Assembly: GCA_963703785.1 (NCBI GenBank)
Contig: CAVPFR010000029.1
Location: 19,036 to 83,035 of the forward strand
Source: an uncultured Acidobacteriota bacterium
GTDB taxonomy: Bacteria > Acidobacteriota > Terriglobia > Acidiferrales > UBA7541
DNA length: 64,000 bases
Reading direction: 5' to 3'
The translations under genes were made by a program, and so were the position numbers. Below the pieces are notes generated by a model that worked only from the letters and a program-made list of their open reading frames with translations, searched no databases and was not told the DNA's origin. Positions 27,879 to 37,952 of the stretch are shown in pieces (the first letter of the stretch is position 1; each line of letters starts with the position of its first letter).

Positions 27879-29054
27879 ATGCCTGGACAGATTGAATCCT
27901 GCGTTCCGGAAGGCGCGAAGAGTTCGGCAGCGGAGCTTTCCGGCGCGGCAAAACACGATGTACTGGGAAAATCGCGCGAAGATTTGCGCGCGCGGATGGA
28001 AGAGATCGGCGAGCCGGCTTATCGCGGCGCGCAGCTTTACCACGCGCTCTATGCCGAACGGCGGTTCGATTTTGCCTCCATGAGCAACTTGCCGGCCGCG
28101 CTTCGGGAGCGGCTGGCACAACGTTTCCACATCGGGATGCCGGAGGTTTCGCGGCGCTTTCATTCGAGCGACGGCTCGGTGCGTTATCTGCTGGCGCTCG
28201 CCGCAAGGGGCGAGGAGGGCGCGGGCGAATCGCCAGCGCGAGTGGAAGCTGTGTTCATGCCTTTTACCGGCCGACAAACCATCTGTATTTCGACGCAAGC
28301 CGGATGCGCGGTGGAGTGCCGCTTTTGTCTGACCGCGCAGCTTGGGCTGGTGCGCAATCTGACCGCGGGGGAGATCCTGGCCCAGGTTCTGCTCGCGCTC
28401 GAGGAGAATCGGGAATCCCTGACGCCGCGCACGAACATCGTGCTCATGGGACAAGGCGAACCGCTGCTGAACTACAACCCTGTGGTGGCGGCGCTGCGCG
28501 TGATGCTCGATACCAACGGCATGGGTCTCGGCGCGCGGCACGTTACGCTCTCGACCAGCGGCATTGTCCCTGGAATCGAGCGGCTGGGGCGTGAAAAAAT
28601 GCGTCCCAGGCTAGCCATTTCGCTGAACGCCTCGACCGATGAAGAGCGCGACGCCATCATGCCCATCAATCGAAAATATCCGCTGAAGATGCTGCTGGAG
28701 GCGTGCCGCGAATATCCCCTGCGGCCTCGGGAGATCCTGACGTTTGAATACGTGCTTCTCGGAGGCTTCAACGATTCAGCCGAAGACGCCCGCCGCGTGG
28801 CGCGGCTCCTCTCCGGCATAAACGCCAAGGTCAATCTGATTCCGTGGAATCCCGGCGAACTACCCTATCGCCCACCCGCGGCCGAAAGCACGGAGGAGTT
28901 CCGGCAGGTGCTCAACGCAAAAGGCGTTCCCGCCTTTGTGCGTTACTCGCGCGGGCAAGACGTGAACGCCGCGTGCGGACAGCTTGCTCTTAGCGAAAGG
29001 GGATCCCTGGTTCCCGCGATCGCATCCTCTCCTTCAGCTGCACCTTCCGCCTAA
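27879..29054 (+). CDS. rlmN: 23S rRNA/tRNA (adenine-C2)-methyltransferase RlmN (radical SAM)
   Basis: radical SAM cluster CAVECRFC; GEPAYRGAQLYHALY N-domain; C-terminal CGQL. Confidence 0.85.
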   Translation: MPGQIESCVPEGAKSSAAELSGAAKHDVLGKSREDLRARMEEIGEPAYRGAQLYHALYAERRFDFASMSNLPAALRERLAQRFHIGMPEVSRRFHSSDGSVRYLLALAARGEEGAGESPARVEAVFMPFTGRQTICISTQAGCAVECRFCLTAQLGLVRNLTAGEILAQVLLALEENRESLTPRTNIVLMGQGEPLLNYNPVVAALRVMLDTNGMGLGARHVTLSTSGIVPGIERLGREKMRPRLAISLNASTDEERDAIMPINRKYPLKMLLEACREYPLRPREILTFEYVLLGGFNDSAEDARRVARLLSGINAKVNLIPWNPGELPYRPPAAESTEEFRQVLNAKGVPAFVRYSRGQDVNAACGQLALSERGSLVPAIASSPSAAPSA

Positions 29055-30163
29055 CGCGGCTTCCCGAGAATTCCGACCACGCTCATCATGCGGCCGGTGG
29101 CAGGACCTTCTTTTCGATAGCAAAAAAAAAGATCGCTGCGGCACGAGGTACAGAGCGCGCTCACGGCAATGTTCCGCGGGCGCATGCCAGCATCCACGAG
29201 CTGCCGGCGGTTCGCCGAACGTAAATCGAGTTGCACGCGCTCGGGCGGCGGCTCATGGCCCGGCGGCATCATGGTAAGCCAAGGAAGCGGGTTCGGCTCC
29301 TCGCCCGAACTCAGCCGCTCGAATGGTCCCTCAAACCACTCCGCCGCATGAGCGAACTGCCCCAGAAACGCCTGCGCGACTTCAGGGCCGACTTCATAGC
29401 AGCAAGGCCCAATCGCCGGGCCAAGCGCGGCGAAAACGTCTTCAGGATTCGTACCGAACTCCAGCCGCATCCGGCCGAGCGTCTTGACGGCAGTCCGCGC
29501 AAGCGTTCCGCGCCATCCGGCGTGAACCGCGGCCACCACATGCCGGCGTGGATCCGCCAGCAAAATCGGGACGCAGTCGGCCGTCTGAATCCCCAGAAAC
29601 AGGCCTGCGTGGCTGGAAATTGCGGCATCGGCTTGCGGCGCGGGTGTCGCCGGCATCGAAAAGACGCGCACCACATCGGAATGAATCTGCCGCAGGGTCA
29701 CCAGCGATTCTCCGGTTTCCGCGTGCAGGACCGATTGCGGCGTTGGTTTTTGACCCAGCACGGCGCGCAAGAAGGCGGCGCGATTCCGAGCCACAGTTTC
29801 GCGCGAATCCCACTCCGTGAACCCGAGATTCAGCGCGGCGGCAGCATCGATTTTGCCGGCGATCTTGCTGGCGCCGCCGTTCCGCGTGCTGAAACCATGC
29901 GCAATCCATGGAAGCGAGTCGAAACTATTTGCCGTGAGGATCTGCAAACCCGCAACCTCGCGGACCGACCAGCCATCTTCGATGGCGCTCAAAAACGCGC
30001 GCTTCTGCGGCTTTTGCGGCCGCTTTCGCGACTCCTTTCGCCTCTGAGGCCGAATGGATGATGCCCGCGGCATTACTGGCTGCTCCCTGGCATACCGCTC
30101 CGCTTCCGCTTCTCGGCTTGATCTAAAAGTCGCGCGAAACAACGTGGAGTCCAAAACTCGCAC
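29051..30163 (-). CDS. pgeF: YfiH/PgeF-family (purine nucleoside phosphorylase / peptidoglycan editing factor); true start probably internal
   Basis: HGFSTRNGG, QIHSDVV, ADCVPIL, HAGWRG motifs; N-terminal about 90 aa is basic and low-complexity (alternative starts at 30073 or further in). Confidence 0.75.
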   Translation of the reverse strand: MRVLDSTLFRATFRSSREAEAERYAREQPVMPRASSIRPQRRKESRKRPQKPQKRAFLSAIEDGWSVREVAGLQILTANSFDSLPWIAHGFSTRNGGASKIAGKIDAAAALNLGFTEWDSRETVARNRAAFLRAVLGQKPTPQSVLHAETGESLVTLRQIHSDVVRVFSMPATPAPQADAAISSHAGLFLGIQTADCVPILLADPRRHVVAAVHAGWRGTLARTAVKTLGRMRLEFGTNPEDVFAALGPAIGPCCYEVGPEVAQAFLGQFAHAAEWFEGPFERLSSGEEPNPLPWLTMMPPGHEPPPERVQLDLRSANRRQLVDAGMRPRNIAVSALCTSCRSDLFFCYRKEGPATGRMMSVVGILGKPR

Positions 30164-30237
30164 GGCTCGGCGGTATAATTCGCTGCCGCTGCTGGGGCGA
30201 CTTTTGTCTCGCGGCGCGCCGGGAAGGAACTCGCGAA

Positions 30238-30615
30238 GTGATTGTCGGCATGGGCGTGGACATGGAGGAGATTAGCCGCCTGCGTGAGGCCATCGCGCGT
30301 CACGGCAGAGCCTTCCTCGAGCGTGTGTTTACCCCCGCCGAGATCGCCTATTGCGAGCGCCACCGCGACAGCGCCGAGCGTTTCGCCGGGCGCTTCGCCG
30401 CCAAAGAGGCGGCCATGAAAGCGCTCGGCACCGGCTGGAGCAGAGGGGTGCGCTGGCGAGACATTGAAGTGACGCGCGCGCCCGGCCAGCGACCGACCAT
30501 CGTTCTTCACGGCGCGGCACGCGAACACGCGGAGCGCCTGGGCGCTCGACACATCAGCCTGAGCATCACCCACACGGGCAACCTCGCGCTGGCGGAAGTG
30601 ATTTTCGAGAACTAA
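30238..30615 (+). CDS. acpS: holo-[acyl-carrier-protein] synthase
   Basis: 125 aa; MIVGMGVDMEEI and FAAKEAAMKALG motifs. Confidence 0.9.
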   Translation: MIVGMGVDMEEISRLREAIARHGRAFLERVFTPAEIAYCERHRDSAERFAGRFAAKEAAMKALGTGWSRGVRWRDIEVTRAPGQRPTIVLHGAAREHAERLGARHISLSITHTGNLALAEVIFEN

Positions 30616-30734
30616 CGGATACGGAGGAATCGCGGCAGTGAAAAGGTTCACACAACTCCCAACAGAGGCATCGCACCAACACGCCTCAGAATTCCACCTC
30701 AAAGTATATGCGGGACGACCACCGATAGGGAGAG

Positions 30735-31109
30735 TCAGCTCTTCTTCGCTTTGTCCAGCTTGAGCGAGATGACGATGTCTTTGCGGCTGTCGAAACTCGA
30801 GACCGTTCGCGTGTTGGACATCATCTTGTCGTCTTCGGCGTGAATTTCGTAATCCACATTGGGATCAAGGCCGCTAAAGCGGTACTCGCCGGCATGATCG
30901 GAGATATAGGTTTTCACAACCAAGGTACGGACGTTCTTGAGGTAGACAACGGCCGATGCAACGGGGTTCTCCGCTTTGTCCAATATCGCGCCGTGAACGG
31001 TACGCAATTCGCTTTGCTGGGCGGATGTGGAAAGGACCAGCAGGGCGAAAAACACAGCTGCCGATAGCAGGCGCAGAGCCTTGTGCGAATAACGAGTGGC
31101 CAGTCTCAT
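30735..31109 (-). CDS. secreted carboxypeptidase-regulatory-like (CarboxypepD_reg) domain protein
   Basis: signal peptide, then GAILDKAENPVASAVVYL..DHAGEYRFSGLDPNVDYEI. Confidence 0.65.
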   Translation of the reverse strand: MRLATRYSHKALRLLSAAVFFALLVLSTSAQQSELRTVHGAILDKAENPVASAVVYLKNVRTLVVKTYISDHAGEYRFSGLDPNVDYEIHAEDDKMMSNTRTVSSFDSRKDIVISLKLDKAKKS

Positions 31110-31256
31110 AGCCTCCCCTCCTCGCGGACCATCACACCGCCGATCCCAAATGAAATCACGCCTGGAAAACCAAATTGCCGCGATTTAGCGGTTCGAGCAT
31201 GACATAGGAAAGAAGGCCGTAAATATAGGCGCGTTGGCGCGAAGCCCAAAAAGGCA

Positions 31257-31496
31257 CTACTCGAGATCATCCTCCTCATCCAGCACTTCGTCCCGCATAT
31301 CACCGTCGTCCCCCTCGGCTTCCGGCGCTTCCGCTTCTTTCTCTTCTTCGTCTTCGGAGATGACGTTCAAGTGCACGGGATGAGTCTGCACCACTTCCAG
31401 CTCGGCCTCACATTCCGGGCAGTTCAGAATCTCGCCTTCTTCCACTTCGTCTTCGTCGAGATCGATTTCGACGGCGCATTCCGGACAGCGCACCAC
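31257..31496 (-). CDS. LysW-like zinc-ribbon protein with long acidic C-terminal tail ending in Glu
   Basis: GTG 31496 with AGGAGG 7 nt upstream; CPECAVEIDLDEDEVEEGEILNCPECEAELEVV matches the LysW/ArgW ribbon pattern; about 35-aa D/E-rich tail ..DEEDDLE. Confidence 0.65.
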   Translation of the reverse strand: MVRCPECAVEIDLDEDEVEEGEILNCPECEAELEVVQTHPVHLNVISEDEEEKEAEAPEAEGDDGDMRDEVLDEEDDLE

Positions 31497-31581
31497 AGCC
31501 GAACCTCCTGGCCAAACATGGCCCCTCACGCAAGCGTATTATATATCGCGTGCGAGTCAAGGGGGGAACCTCGCCCAATAC

Positions 31582-32103
31582 ATGAGCAAGCGCGAATTTC
31601 CCGAATGGCCGATGGTGGGGGTGGGCGGCGTGGTGATCGAGCAAAATCGCGCGCTGCTGGTGCGTCGCGCCAGAGAACCGGCGCTGGGCGAATGGACGAT
31701 TCCGGGCGGATTGCTCGAGGTTGGCGAAACGCTGGCTGCGGGCGTGGCACGCGAAATTCAGGAAGAGACCGGCCTGATTGTGCGGGTGGTAGAGCTGATT
31801 GAAGCGCTGGAACGAATTTTCTCGGAGTCAGGTGAGATCCGCTCCGGCGTGGAGCCCGCCGGCGTTGCCGCAGACCTGAAGGACGCTGCGCGGATGCCCG
31901 AGGCGCGCATTCGCCCACGCTATCATTACGTGATTCTCGATTATTTGTGCGAGCGCGTTTCAGGGGAGCCTGCGATCAGCGACGAGATCAGCGATCTGGC
32001 CTTTGTCCCGGAGGCGGAACTCACGAATTATCGGCTCACGCCCGCCGCGACGCGAGTCCTACACAAAGCCTTTGCGAGGGCCCGCGAGCGAAAGCGTACA
32101 TGA
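31582..32103 (+). CDS. NUDIX hydrolase
   Basis: Nudix box GGLLEVGETLAAGVAREIQEETGL. Confidence 0.85.
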   Translation: MSKREFPEWPMVGVGGVVIEQNRALLVRRAREPALGEWTIPGGLLEVGETLAAGVAREIQEETGLIVRVVELIEALERIFSESGEIRSGVEPAGVAADLKDAARMPEARIRPRYHYVILDYLCERVSGEPAISDEISDLAFVPEAELTNYRLTPAATRVLHKAFARARERKRT

Positions 32104-32108
32104 AGCGA

Positions 32109-32513
32109 TCAGGTTCCCGACTTTTCCCGGGCCGCGCGAATCAGCGATTCCATGTGATCCAGGTAGCGCTCGAAAGCGCGCCGGCCTGCGGCAGTGAGGC
32201 GGTACTTGGTCTTGGGCAGCCGGCCGTCAAACATTTTGATGCAATTGATATAAGCCGCTTCCTCGAGCTTGCGGGCGTGGACAGAGAGATTTCCGTCCGT
32301 GGTCCGCAGCAACGCTTTCAATTCGTTGAAGGTCAGCCAAGGGTTCACCGCCAGGGCGCTGACAATTCCCAAGCGCATGCGCTCGTGGATCAATCGATCG
32401 AGGCCCGGCGCCAGCGGCTCCCGCGCCTGATTATCGAGCGCGGTGAGGCGCGACTCCTGAGGGCGGGCCTTGGAAATGCGTTCCGCCGTCGCGGTTCCCG
32501 TCTTAGCTCGCAC
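32109..32513 (-). CDS. winged-helix transcriptional regulator (HTH_34 / ArsR-like)
   Basis: LIHERMRLGIVSALAV..LTFNELKALLRTTDGNLSVHARKLEEAAYI..RLPKTKYRLTAAGRRAF. Confidence 0.7.
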   Translation of the reverse strand: MRAKTGTATAERISKARPQESRLTALDNQAREPLAPGLDRLIHERMRLGIVSALAVNPWLTFNELKALLRTTDGNLSVHARKLEEAAYINCIKMFDGRLPKTKYRLTAAGRRAFERYLDHMESLIRAAREKSGT

Positions 32514-32550
32514 GTGGCCTCCTAACGCAAGCGCGATCCTGCGAACAAAC

Positions 32551-33228
32551 TCAACCGCCGTATCTCTGCGCGATCACCAATCCAAAAGCAATTTGCAAGC
32601 CGCCAAAGCCGGCCATCATGTAGCCGTTGCCCCAGGAAGCCGGAGAAGCAATGGCCGCGGCTCCCAGAGCAATAAAGCAAAGGCCCATGACGGGAACGAC
32701 GCGCACCGAGAAAGAGCCTCCGCTAACGACAGCCGTCCCATATAGCAATAGCCACATGCCAGGCAACAGGCGAAGATCGCCATCGCGGTAGAGCGCAACG
32801 GTCAGCAGCGCGCCAACAATCATAGGCGGGGAGAAACCGAGGGCGAACTTGCGGCCTGGTCCAGAGAAAAGCGGTATATGCGCCTCTCGGGACTTCTGAG
32901 CAACCGTGAGTACGGCAAGAATCATAGCCAGCGCCGCTTCCGCCAGCCAGACGAAGAGCCAGCGCGCCGCACTCGTCTGATGCGAGGCGATAGCCGCAGC
33001 GGCAAGCGCGGTGAAACCAATGGCTGCGCCGCCCCATCCAGGAACAGCCGTGAAGGAACCGGCGCGCTCCATCGTTTCGCGAATAAAGCGGAGATTATCC
33101 GCGGCGCGATCTTCCAGGGGAACGAGAACGGGACGCGGAGACCGAGCTGGTTTTGCCGGCGTCATGAATTCTGAGGATACGCGCGGACCGCTTGATGTCA
33201 AGTTCTTTGCCCCACAGAGTCGAAGCAT
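32551..33228 (-). CDS. polytopic membrane protein of unknown function (about 6 TM); start may be 33165
   Basis: hydrophobic segments throughout; 38 nt upstream of the HTH_34 gene on the same strand. Confidence 0.55.
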   Translation of the reverse strand: MLRLCGAKNLTSSGPRVSSEFMTPAKPARSPRPVLVPLEDRAADNLRFIRETMERAGSFTAVPGWGGAAIGFTALAAAAIASHQTSAARWLFVWLAEAALAMILAVLTVAQKSREAHIPLFSGPGRKFALGFSPPMIVGALLTVALYRDGDLRLLPGMWLLLYGTAVVSGGSFSVRVVPVMGLCFIALGAAAIASPASWGNGYMMAGFGGLQIAFGLVIAQRYGG

Positions 33229-33246
33229 TACTCAGTCGCTGCCGGG

Positions 33247-33948
33247 CTACCAGCCATACTTGCCCACAAGAGGGACGAACCGGCAGTGGAACAACGGGCG
33301 CGAAGAAGTGGCATTGCCGCGCTTCTCCACGCGCAAGAGCCGCTGCTCGTCCGGGGAGCCCACCGGAAGGACCAGCCGGCCGCCTTCGTCAAGTTGCGCC
33401 TCGAGTGGCGGCGGAATGTCCGGCGCCGCCGCGGTGACGAGAATCGCCTCGAAAGGGGCCTCGCCAGGCCATCCCAGAGTGCCATCGCCGACGTGCACCT
33501 GCACGTTGCCATAGCCCAGCCGGGCCAGCCGCTCGCCGCAGGAGAGGGCAAGATCTTCGCGCACCTCCACGGCGTGAACTTCGCGCGCCAGCAGCGATAG
33601 CACCGCCGCCTGGTAACCCGAGCCGGCGCCAATTTCGAGCACGCGCTCGCCTCCCGAGAGCCGTAACGCCTCGGCCATGGCCGCGACCATAAAAGGCTGA
33701 GAAATCGTTTGCCCCTGGCCGATAGGCAGGGGCCGGTCGGCATAAGCCTCCGGCGCGAGTTCGGCGGGAACAAATTGGTGCCGCGGAATGCTCAGCATGG
33801 CAGCGAGGACACGCTCATCCCGAATGCCGCGCTTGCGCAGTTGCAGCTCGACCATCTGCTGGCGGCGCAGGGCGAGTTCAGTTTCCGCCGGGGCTCCGGC
33901 ATGCGGGAAGCTGTTGCCGTTCCCGGAAGCGCTGGGCGGATCAGACAC
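33247..33948 (-). CDS. pcm: protein-L-isoaspartate O-methyltransferase
   Basis: GQTISQPFMVAAMAEAL and SAM motif VLEIGAGSGYQAAVL. Confidence 0.9.
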   Translation of the reverse strand: MSDPPSASGNGNSFPHAGAPAETELALRRQQMVELQLRKRGIRDERVLAAMLSIPRHQFVPAELAPEAYADRPLPIGQGQTISQPFMVAAMAEALRLSGGERVLEIGAGSGYQAAVLSLLAREVHAVEVREDLALSCGERLARLGYGNVQVHVGDGTLGWPGEAPFEAILVTAAAPDIPPPLEAQLDEGGRLVLPVGSPDEQRLLRVEKRGNATSSRPLFHCRFVPLVGKYGW

Positions 33949-33962
33949 GAAAGTTCCGCGCG

Positions 33963-36900
33963 CTACTTGAATCGCTGCCGGCGAACGATGTCGACACCGA
34001 AGGTGCCGTTTTCATCGCGCAAGGCGACCACGGAGATGTCGGGCCGCAGGGTGTATTCGATCTGAATGATTTGCTCCTGAGTGGAGGTCACATCGGTGCT
34101 GTAGGTGATGACCAGGTTGCGCGCGAACTGCTCGGCAATGGTGACGCGCGCGCCGGGATTCTGGGTGGCGCTGGTAGCGGCAATGTAGTCTGGATCGACG
34201 CTGAAATGGCGCACTCCAAAAAGGCGCTGCACGCGCCCGCCTAGCTGGGAGGAGATCGCTTCGGAAAGCAACGTGGTCGCGCCAAGTTGGGGGGTCTGGG
34301 TGGCCGCGGCGCCGCCTCGAAGGCTGCTTTCCTGGCCCGTTTGTCCGAGGGCCAGCAGGGTGACGATATCGTTCGAGGGCAAAGGAGGATCGGAGCGATA
34401 GGACATGATCAAATGGCTTGCGGGGCCGGTGAAATCGACGGTGACCTCGTATTGCTGGATGGTGGTGGCCACCTCGACGTTGAGCACCGGATCGGCGCGA
34501 AACGGGTTCACGAAATTCAAGTCGCCACGCGTCAAATTGTAGTCATTGCCGCGCATGGTCATCCGTCCGTTCAGCAAATGGATATTGCCGAGGAGGACCG
34601 GGTGGTCAAAGGTGCCGCGGACACGCACGTTGGCCTCGGTCTGAAATCTGCCGCTAGACCATTCCATGACCGCGCCGGAAGTGGTATTGGCTTGCACGTC
34701 GAACTGCAAGTTCCGCAAGAAGGGAGACGTTGCCGTGGAGCCGGCGGAAGTCTCGGCGGAAGAGGCGAGCAAAGTTGTGACGTCGAACCCTTGCGACATG
34801 AGCAAACGGTCGACACTTACTGTCCCGGAAAGAGTAGCTGACTGCGTCGTGCCCAATAGGCGCAAATCGCCGCCCGCGAGCCAGCTCATGCCTACCGGAT
34901 AGCGTACGCGCACCTGTGCGGTCCGCGCCGTAAGATCGTAACTCACGGGCCCATTGCCGTAGCTCAGCGAACCGGATAGCTGCAGGCGGCCGCCTCCTGT
35001 GTCCGAGTTGATATTGGAAAACGTGATGCGGCTGGCATCGAAGATAAAATCGCCGGCGAGCTGGCTCAGGCCCGCGGGAAAATCTCCGTACCGCACCGAA
35101 GTGTCCTGTACGTGAACGCGCCCGGTGATGCGCGGGTTGTACAGCGTGCCGGCGATCCCGGCATCGATCTGTGCGGGACCCCGTACATCCAGGTTGGGCA
35201 CGAATCCGCTGAACAGGCGCAGGTTCGCCGCGCCGGTGAGGCGCAAATCCATGGCGCGGTCCCCCGCAAACCGTGCCAAACCCGTGATACGGAAGTCCGT
35301 ATCGGCGCCGCGCAGATTGGCCTGGCGCACCTGGACTTCGTGATTGCCGTATTGGAGCAGCACCGGGCCCTGGTTCTGCAGCTTGATATATTGATAATCG
35401 AGCGAGAGCTGCGTGAGATTGGCGTCCACGGAAATTGTGTCTGGCTGCAGGAGCGCGCCGGAGATGCCAAACCGGCCCACGACCTGGCTATGGCCGGTCA
35501 TGCCGCCGAGATGCAAGGCGCTGACGATCAAGGGATCGAGGTCGATCTGCGAAACCATGATTTCGCCGGTAAGCGGATAGCTGCCGTGCAAATCTACATT
35601 TACGTTGCCGTGCAGCTCTCCCGTAGTGATTGCCGAATCCACTTGTAAACCGAGCTTGGAGCCGTCGGATTGGAGCTTGGCATCGAAACTGCCCACCACT
35701 TCGTTTCGGAATCGCAGATCCACCAAGCGCAGTGCGCCATCCAGTTTGGGGGCCAGCAACGGTCCCTGACCGCTCAGATGGAAACTGACCTTGCCCGCGA
35801 TGGGCAGGGCAGGCGTCTGGATGAGCGAGACGCTTTCGAGCGGGAGTGCGGCGCCCGTCAAATCGAAAACAGCCTGGCCGTCCGCCGTGCTGTAGTTGAA
35901 ATTGCCGGTCAGCAAACCGGGAGCTTGCGGAGTCGCCGTTCCACCCGCCGGAGGCAGTAGACGCAATTCCGCATTGGCAATACGAACCTGGCCGTGGCGA
36001 AGCGTGATTTGGCCGCGGGCGCGATCGAAACGCCAACCCCAGGCTTGCGGATCAACCACGTCGAACAAGCCCGTCAACTCCGGATTGGCATGCGTTCCAC
36101 GGCCGTGAAATGTTCCACTCAACAGGCCATGCGCGGGATACGCGGTTCCAAATAGCGCCTGCAATCCATCCGCGTCCGTGCGGACCAGGGTGGCGTCCAT
36201 TTGCCAGGAGCTGTCGGGATCGAAGCCCCACTTATTCAGCATCAACGACAGCTCGAGTTGAGCGGAGGAAGGCTCGCGGCGCACGTTGGCGCGAGTCAGG
36301 CTGAACCCCTCAGGCGAATAGATCATGTCGCCTTCGATTTGGTCCCACATAAGCCTGTCGTAACGGGCGCTTGTTCCCACCACGTGGCCGGCGAAGGTTG
36401 GGCCCACCAGGGGTCCTGTTATGCTGCCCTGCCAATGGGCGCGTCCGGCGATGATTTTGGGCTCGGCGTCCTCGCCTCTGATGCGGTTTATGAAATCATC
36501 CCAGGGCATAAGGTCCTGAGAATCGAACATCACTTCGAGTTTGGAAGCTTCCGCCGCGAGCGTTCCGGCGAACTGCACCGTACTCGTAGGCGTGTCGATA
36601 TGGCTGGCATCCAGCACGACGTCCCGCGCCGCCATGCTGTAGTGATAGTTCAGGCTTGCAGTGATAGGAATCTGGCCTGCGGGCAACTGAGGTTTCGGTA
36701 CCCAAAGAGAGATGCCCCGCGAATCAAGCTTCTTGAAGTCCGATGTCCAGGTGGTGACCGCTTGCACGTCGGCAATTCCGCCCCAATGCAGGGGAACGAT
36801 CGGGAGACTATCGTTGTTAACCGCCGCCAGGAGCGTGGCCAAATCGATATCATGCGCGTGGGCGTTCACGCGAAATTCCAGCTTCGGAAAATCAAGATGA

Positions 36901-37952
36901 AGCTGGCCCTCAATCGCTCCGCCCAGCGCCGCAATCGAGAACTGGGGGACATCGAGCGACACGCGGTTCGCGCGGTAGGTACCGCGAGTGCTGATGCCGG
37001 AAGCGTGGAACCAGCCATAAGGCATGGCGATATTCGCCGCGGAGTAGGTCCCGGTCACAGCCAAGCGATTATCTAGGAAATGTCCGTCACCGGAGAATTC
37101 GACCTCCCCGGAGGGAGTGGTTGGTTTGCGCAGCAGGGTGCGGATATCCTCGAGGCTGAGGTGCCCACGATAGCGAAAGCCCCAATTGGGATGCGCAAAG
37201 CTCGAGTTGGTAACCTGGGCGTCAATGGAGGTGTGCGGACCCTGCCAGAGCAGTTGTGTGATGGTGAAAGAATCCGGCTGGAGCGTGAATCTCACCGACA
37301 GGTCGGAAGTAAAGGGCAGATAGCGGCGGGCCACCAACTCCATGTGTTGCCATCGCAATTGGCCCAGGTACATGGACTTGCGATCAAGTTCGGCATAGTC
37401 GACGCCAAAATCAAACTGCCCGCCCTCGGCCACCAGGGGGACGCGCACATCGTTCCAAAGCATCTCGCCATCCGTGAGGCGCAACCGGCGCGCTGCGATC
37501 TCAAAAATGCGCTGCCGCAACGGCTTCGAAGAGGTGCTGCTTCGCGCCATGGGCACATTAATAGAACCGTCGCGTTCCACGCGCACATGCACCGTGGGAT
37601 GAACGATTTCGACGTCCCCAAGGGAGATTTTGCGCGCCCAAATCGAATCGATGCGCAGCCCGACCTCCAGCCGTTCGGCGTGAAAGAATGGCGGCGTCCC
37701 TGCCGGCTCGCGTCCATGGACCGTGAAATCGCTCAGGGTCACTCGGAGCCGCCAGGGATTAAAGTGAAAGTCTCGCAATTCGGCCGTGCCGGAGGTGAAT
37801 TTCTGGATCTGCGCGACGATGGCACCCCGGATGTAATTATCCGCCGCGCCGCTGGAAACGATGAGTAAGGCCACGAGCGGCACCGCTAACGTCATAACTA
37901 CCAACCCCACGATCCAGGGCAGCAACTTTCGGCTTATCCCAGGTCGGTTCAT
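33963..37952 (-). CDS. tamB: translocation and assembly module protein TamB (DUF490 C-terminus)
   Basis: 1329 aa, N-terminal signal anchor, repetitive beta-rich body; ATGA start overlap with the upstream gene. Confidence 0.8.
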   Translation of the reverse strand: MNRPGISRKLLPWIVGLVVMTLAVPLVALLIVSSGAADNYIRGAIVAQIQKFTSGTAELRDFHFNPWRLRVTLSDFTVHGREPAGTPPFFHAERLEVGLRIDSIWARKISLGDVEIVHPTVHVRVERDGSINVPMARSSTSSKPLRQRIFEIAARRLRLTDGEMLWNDVRVPLVAEGGQFDFGVDYAELDRKSMYLGQLRWQHMELVARRYLPFTSDLSVRFTLQPDSFTITQLLWQGPHTSIDAQVTNSSFAHPNWGFRYRGHLSLEDIRTLLRKPTTPSGEVEFSGDGHFLDNRLAVTGTYSAANIAMPYGWFHASGISTRGTYRANRVSLDVPQFSIAALGGAIEGQLHLDFPKLEFRVNAHAHDIDLATLLAAVNNDSLPIVPLHWGGIADVQAVTTWTSDFKKLDSRGISLWVPKPQLPAGQIPITASLNYHYSMAARDVVLDASHIDTPTSTVQFAGTLAAEASKLEVMFDSQDLMPWDDFINRIRGEDAEPKIIAGRAHWQGSITGPLVGPTFAGHVVGTSARYDRLMWDQIEGDMIYSPEGFSLTRANVRREPSSAQLELSLMLNKWGFDPDSSWQMDATLVRTDADGLQALFGTAYPAHGLLSGTFHGRGTHANPELTGLFDVVDPQAWGWRFDRARGQITLRHGQVRIANAELRLLPPAGGTATPQAPGLLTGNFNYSTADGQAVFDLTGAALPLESVSLIQTPALPIAGKVSFHLSGQGPLLAPKLDGALRLVDLRFRNEVVGSFDAKLQSDGSKLGLQVDSAITTGELHGNVNVDLHGSYPLTGEIMVSQIDLDPLIVSALHLGGMTGHSQVVGRFGISGALLQPDTISVDANLTQLSLDYQYIKLQNQGPVLLQYGNHEVQVRQANLRGADTDFRITGLARFAGDRAMDLRLTGAANLRLFSGFVPNLDVRGPAQIDAGIAGTLYNPRITGRVHVQDTSVRYGDFPAGLSQLAGDFIFDASRITFSNINSDTGGGRLQLSGSLSYGNGPVSYDLTARTAQVRVRYPVGMSWLAGGDLRLLGTTQSATLSGTVSVDRLLMSQGFDVTTLLASSAETSAGSTATSPFLRNLQFDVQANTTSGAVMEWSSGRFQTEANVRVRGTFDHPVLLGNIHLLNGRMTMRGNDYNLTRGDLNFVNPFRADPVLNVEVATTIQQYEVTVDFTGPASHLIMSYRSDPPLPSNDIVTLLALGQTGQESSLRGGAAATQTPQLGATTLLSEAISSQLGGRVQRLFGVRHFSVDPDYIAATSATQNPGARVTIAEQFARNLVITYSTDVTSTQEQIIQIEYTLRPDISVVALRDENGTFGVDIVRRQRFK

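Noticed and set aside
31257-31496. Calling the zinc-ribbon protein a bona fide lysine-pathway LysW
   Set aside because: It lacks the canonical EDWGE C-terminus and any lysX/Y/Z/J/K neighbours, so it is called only LysW-like.
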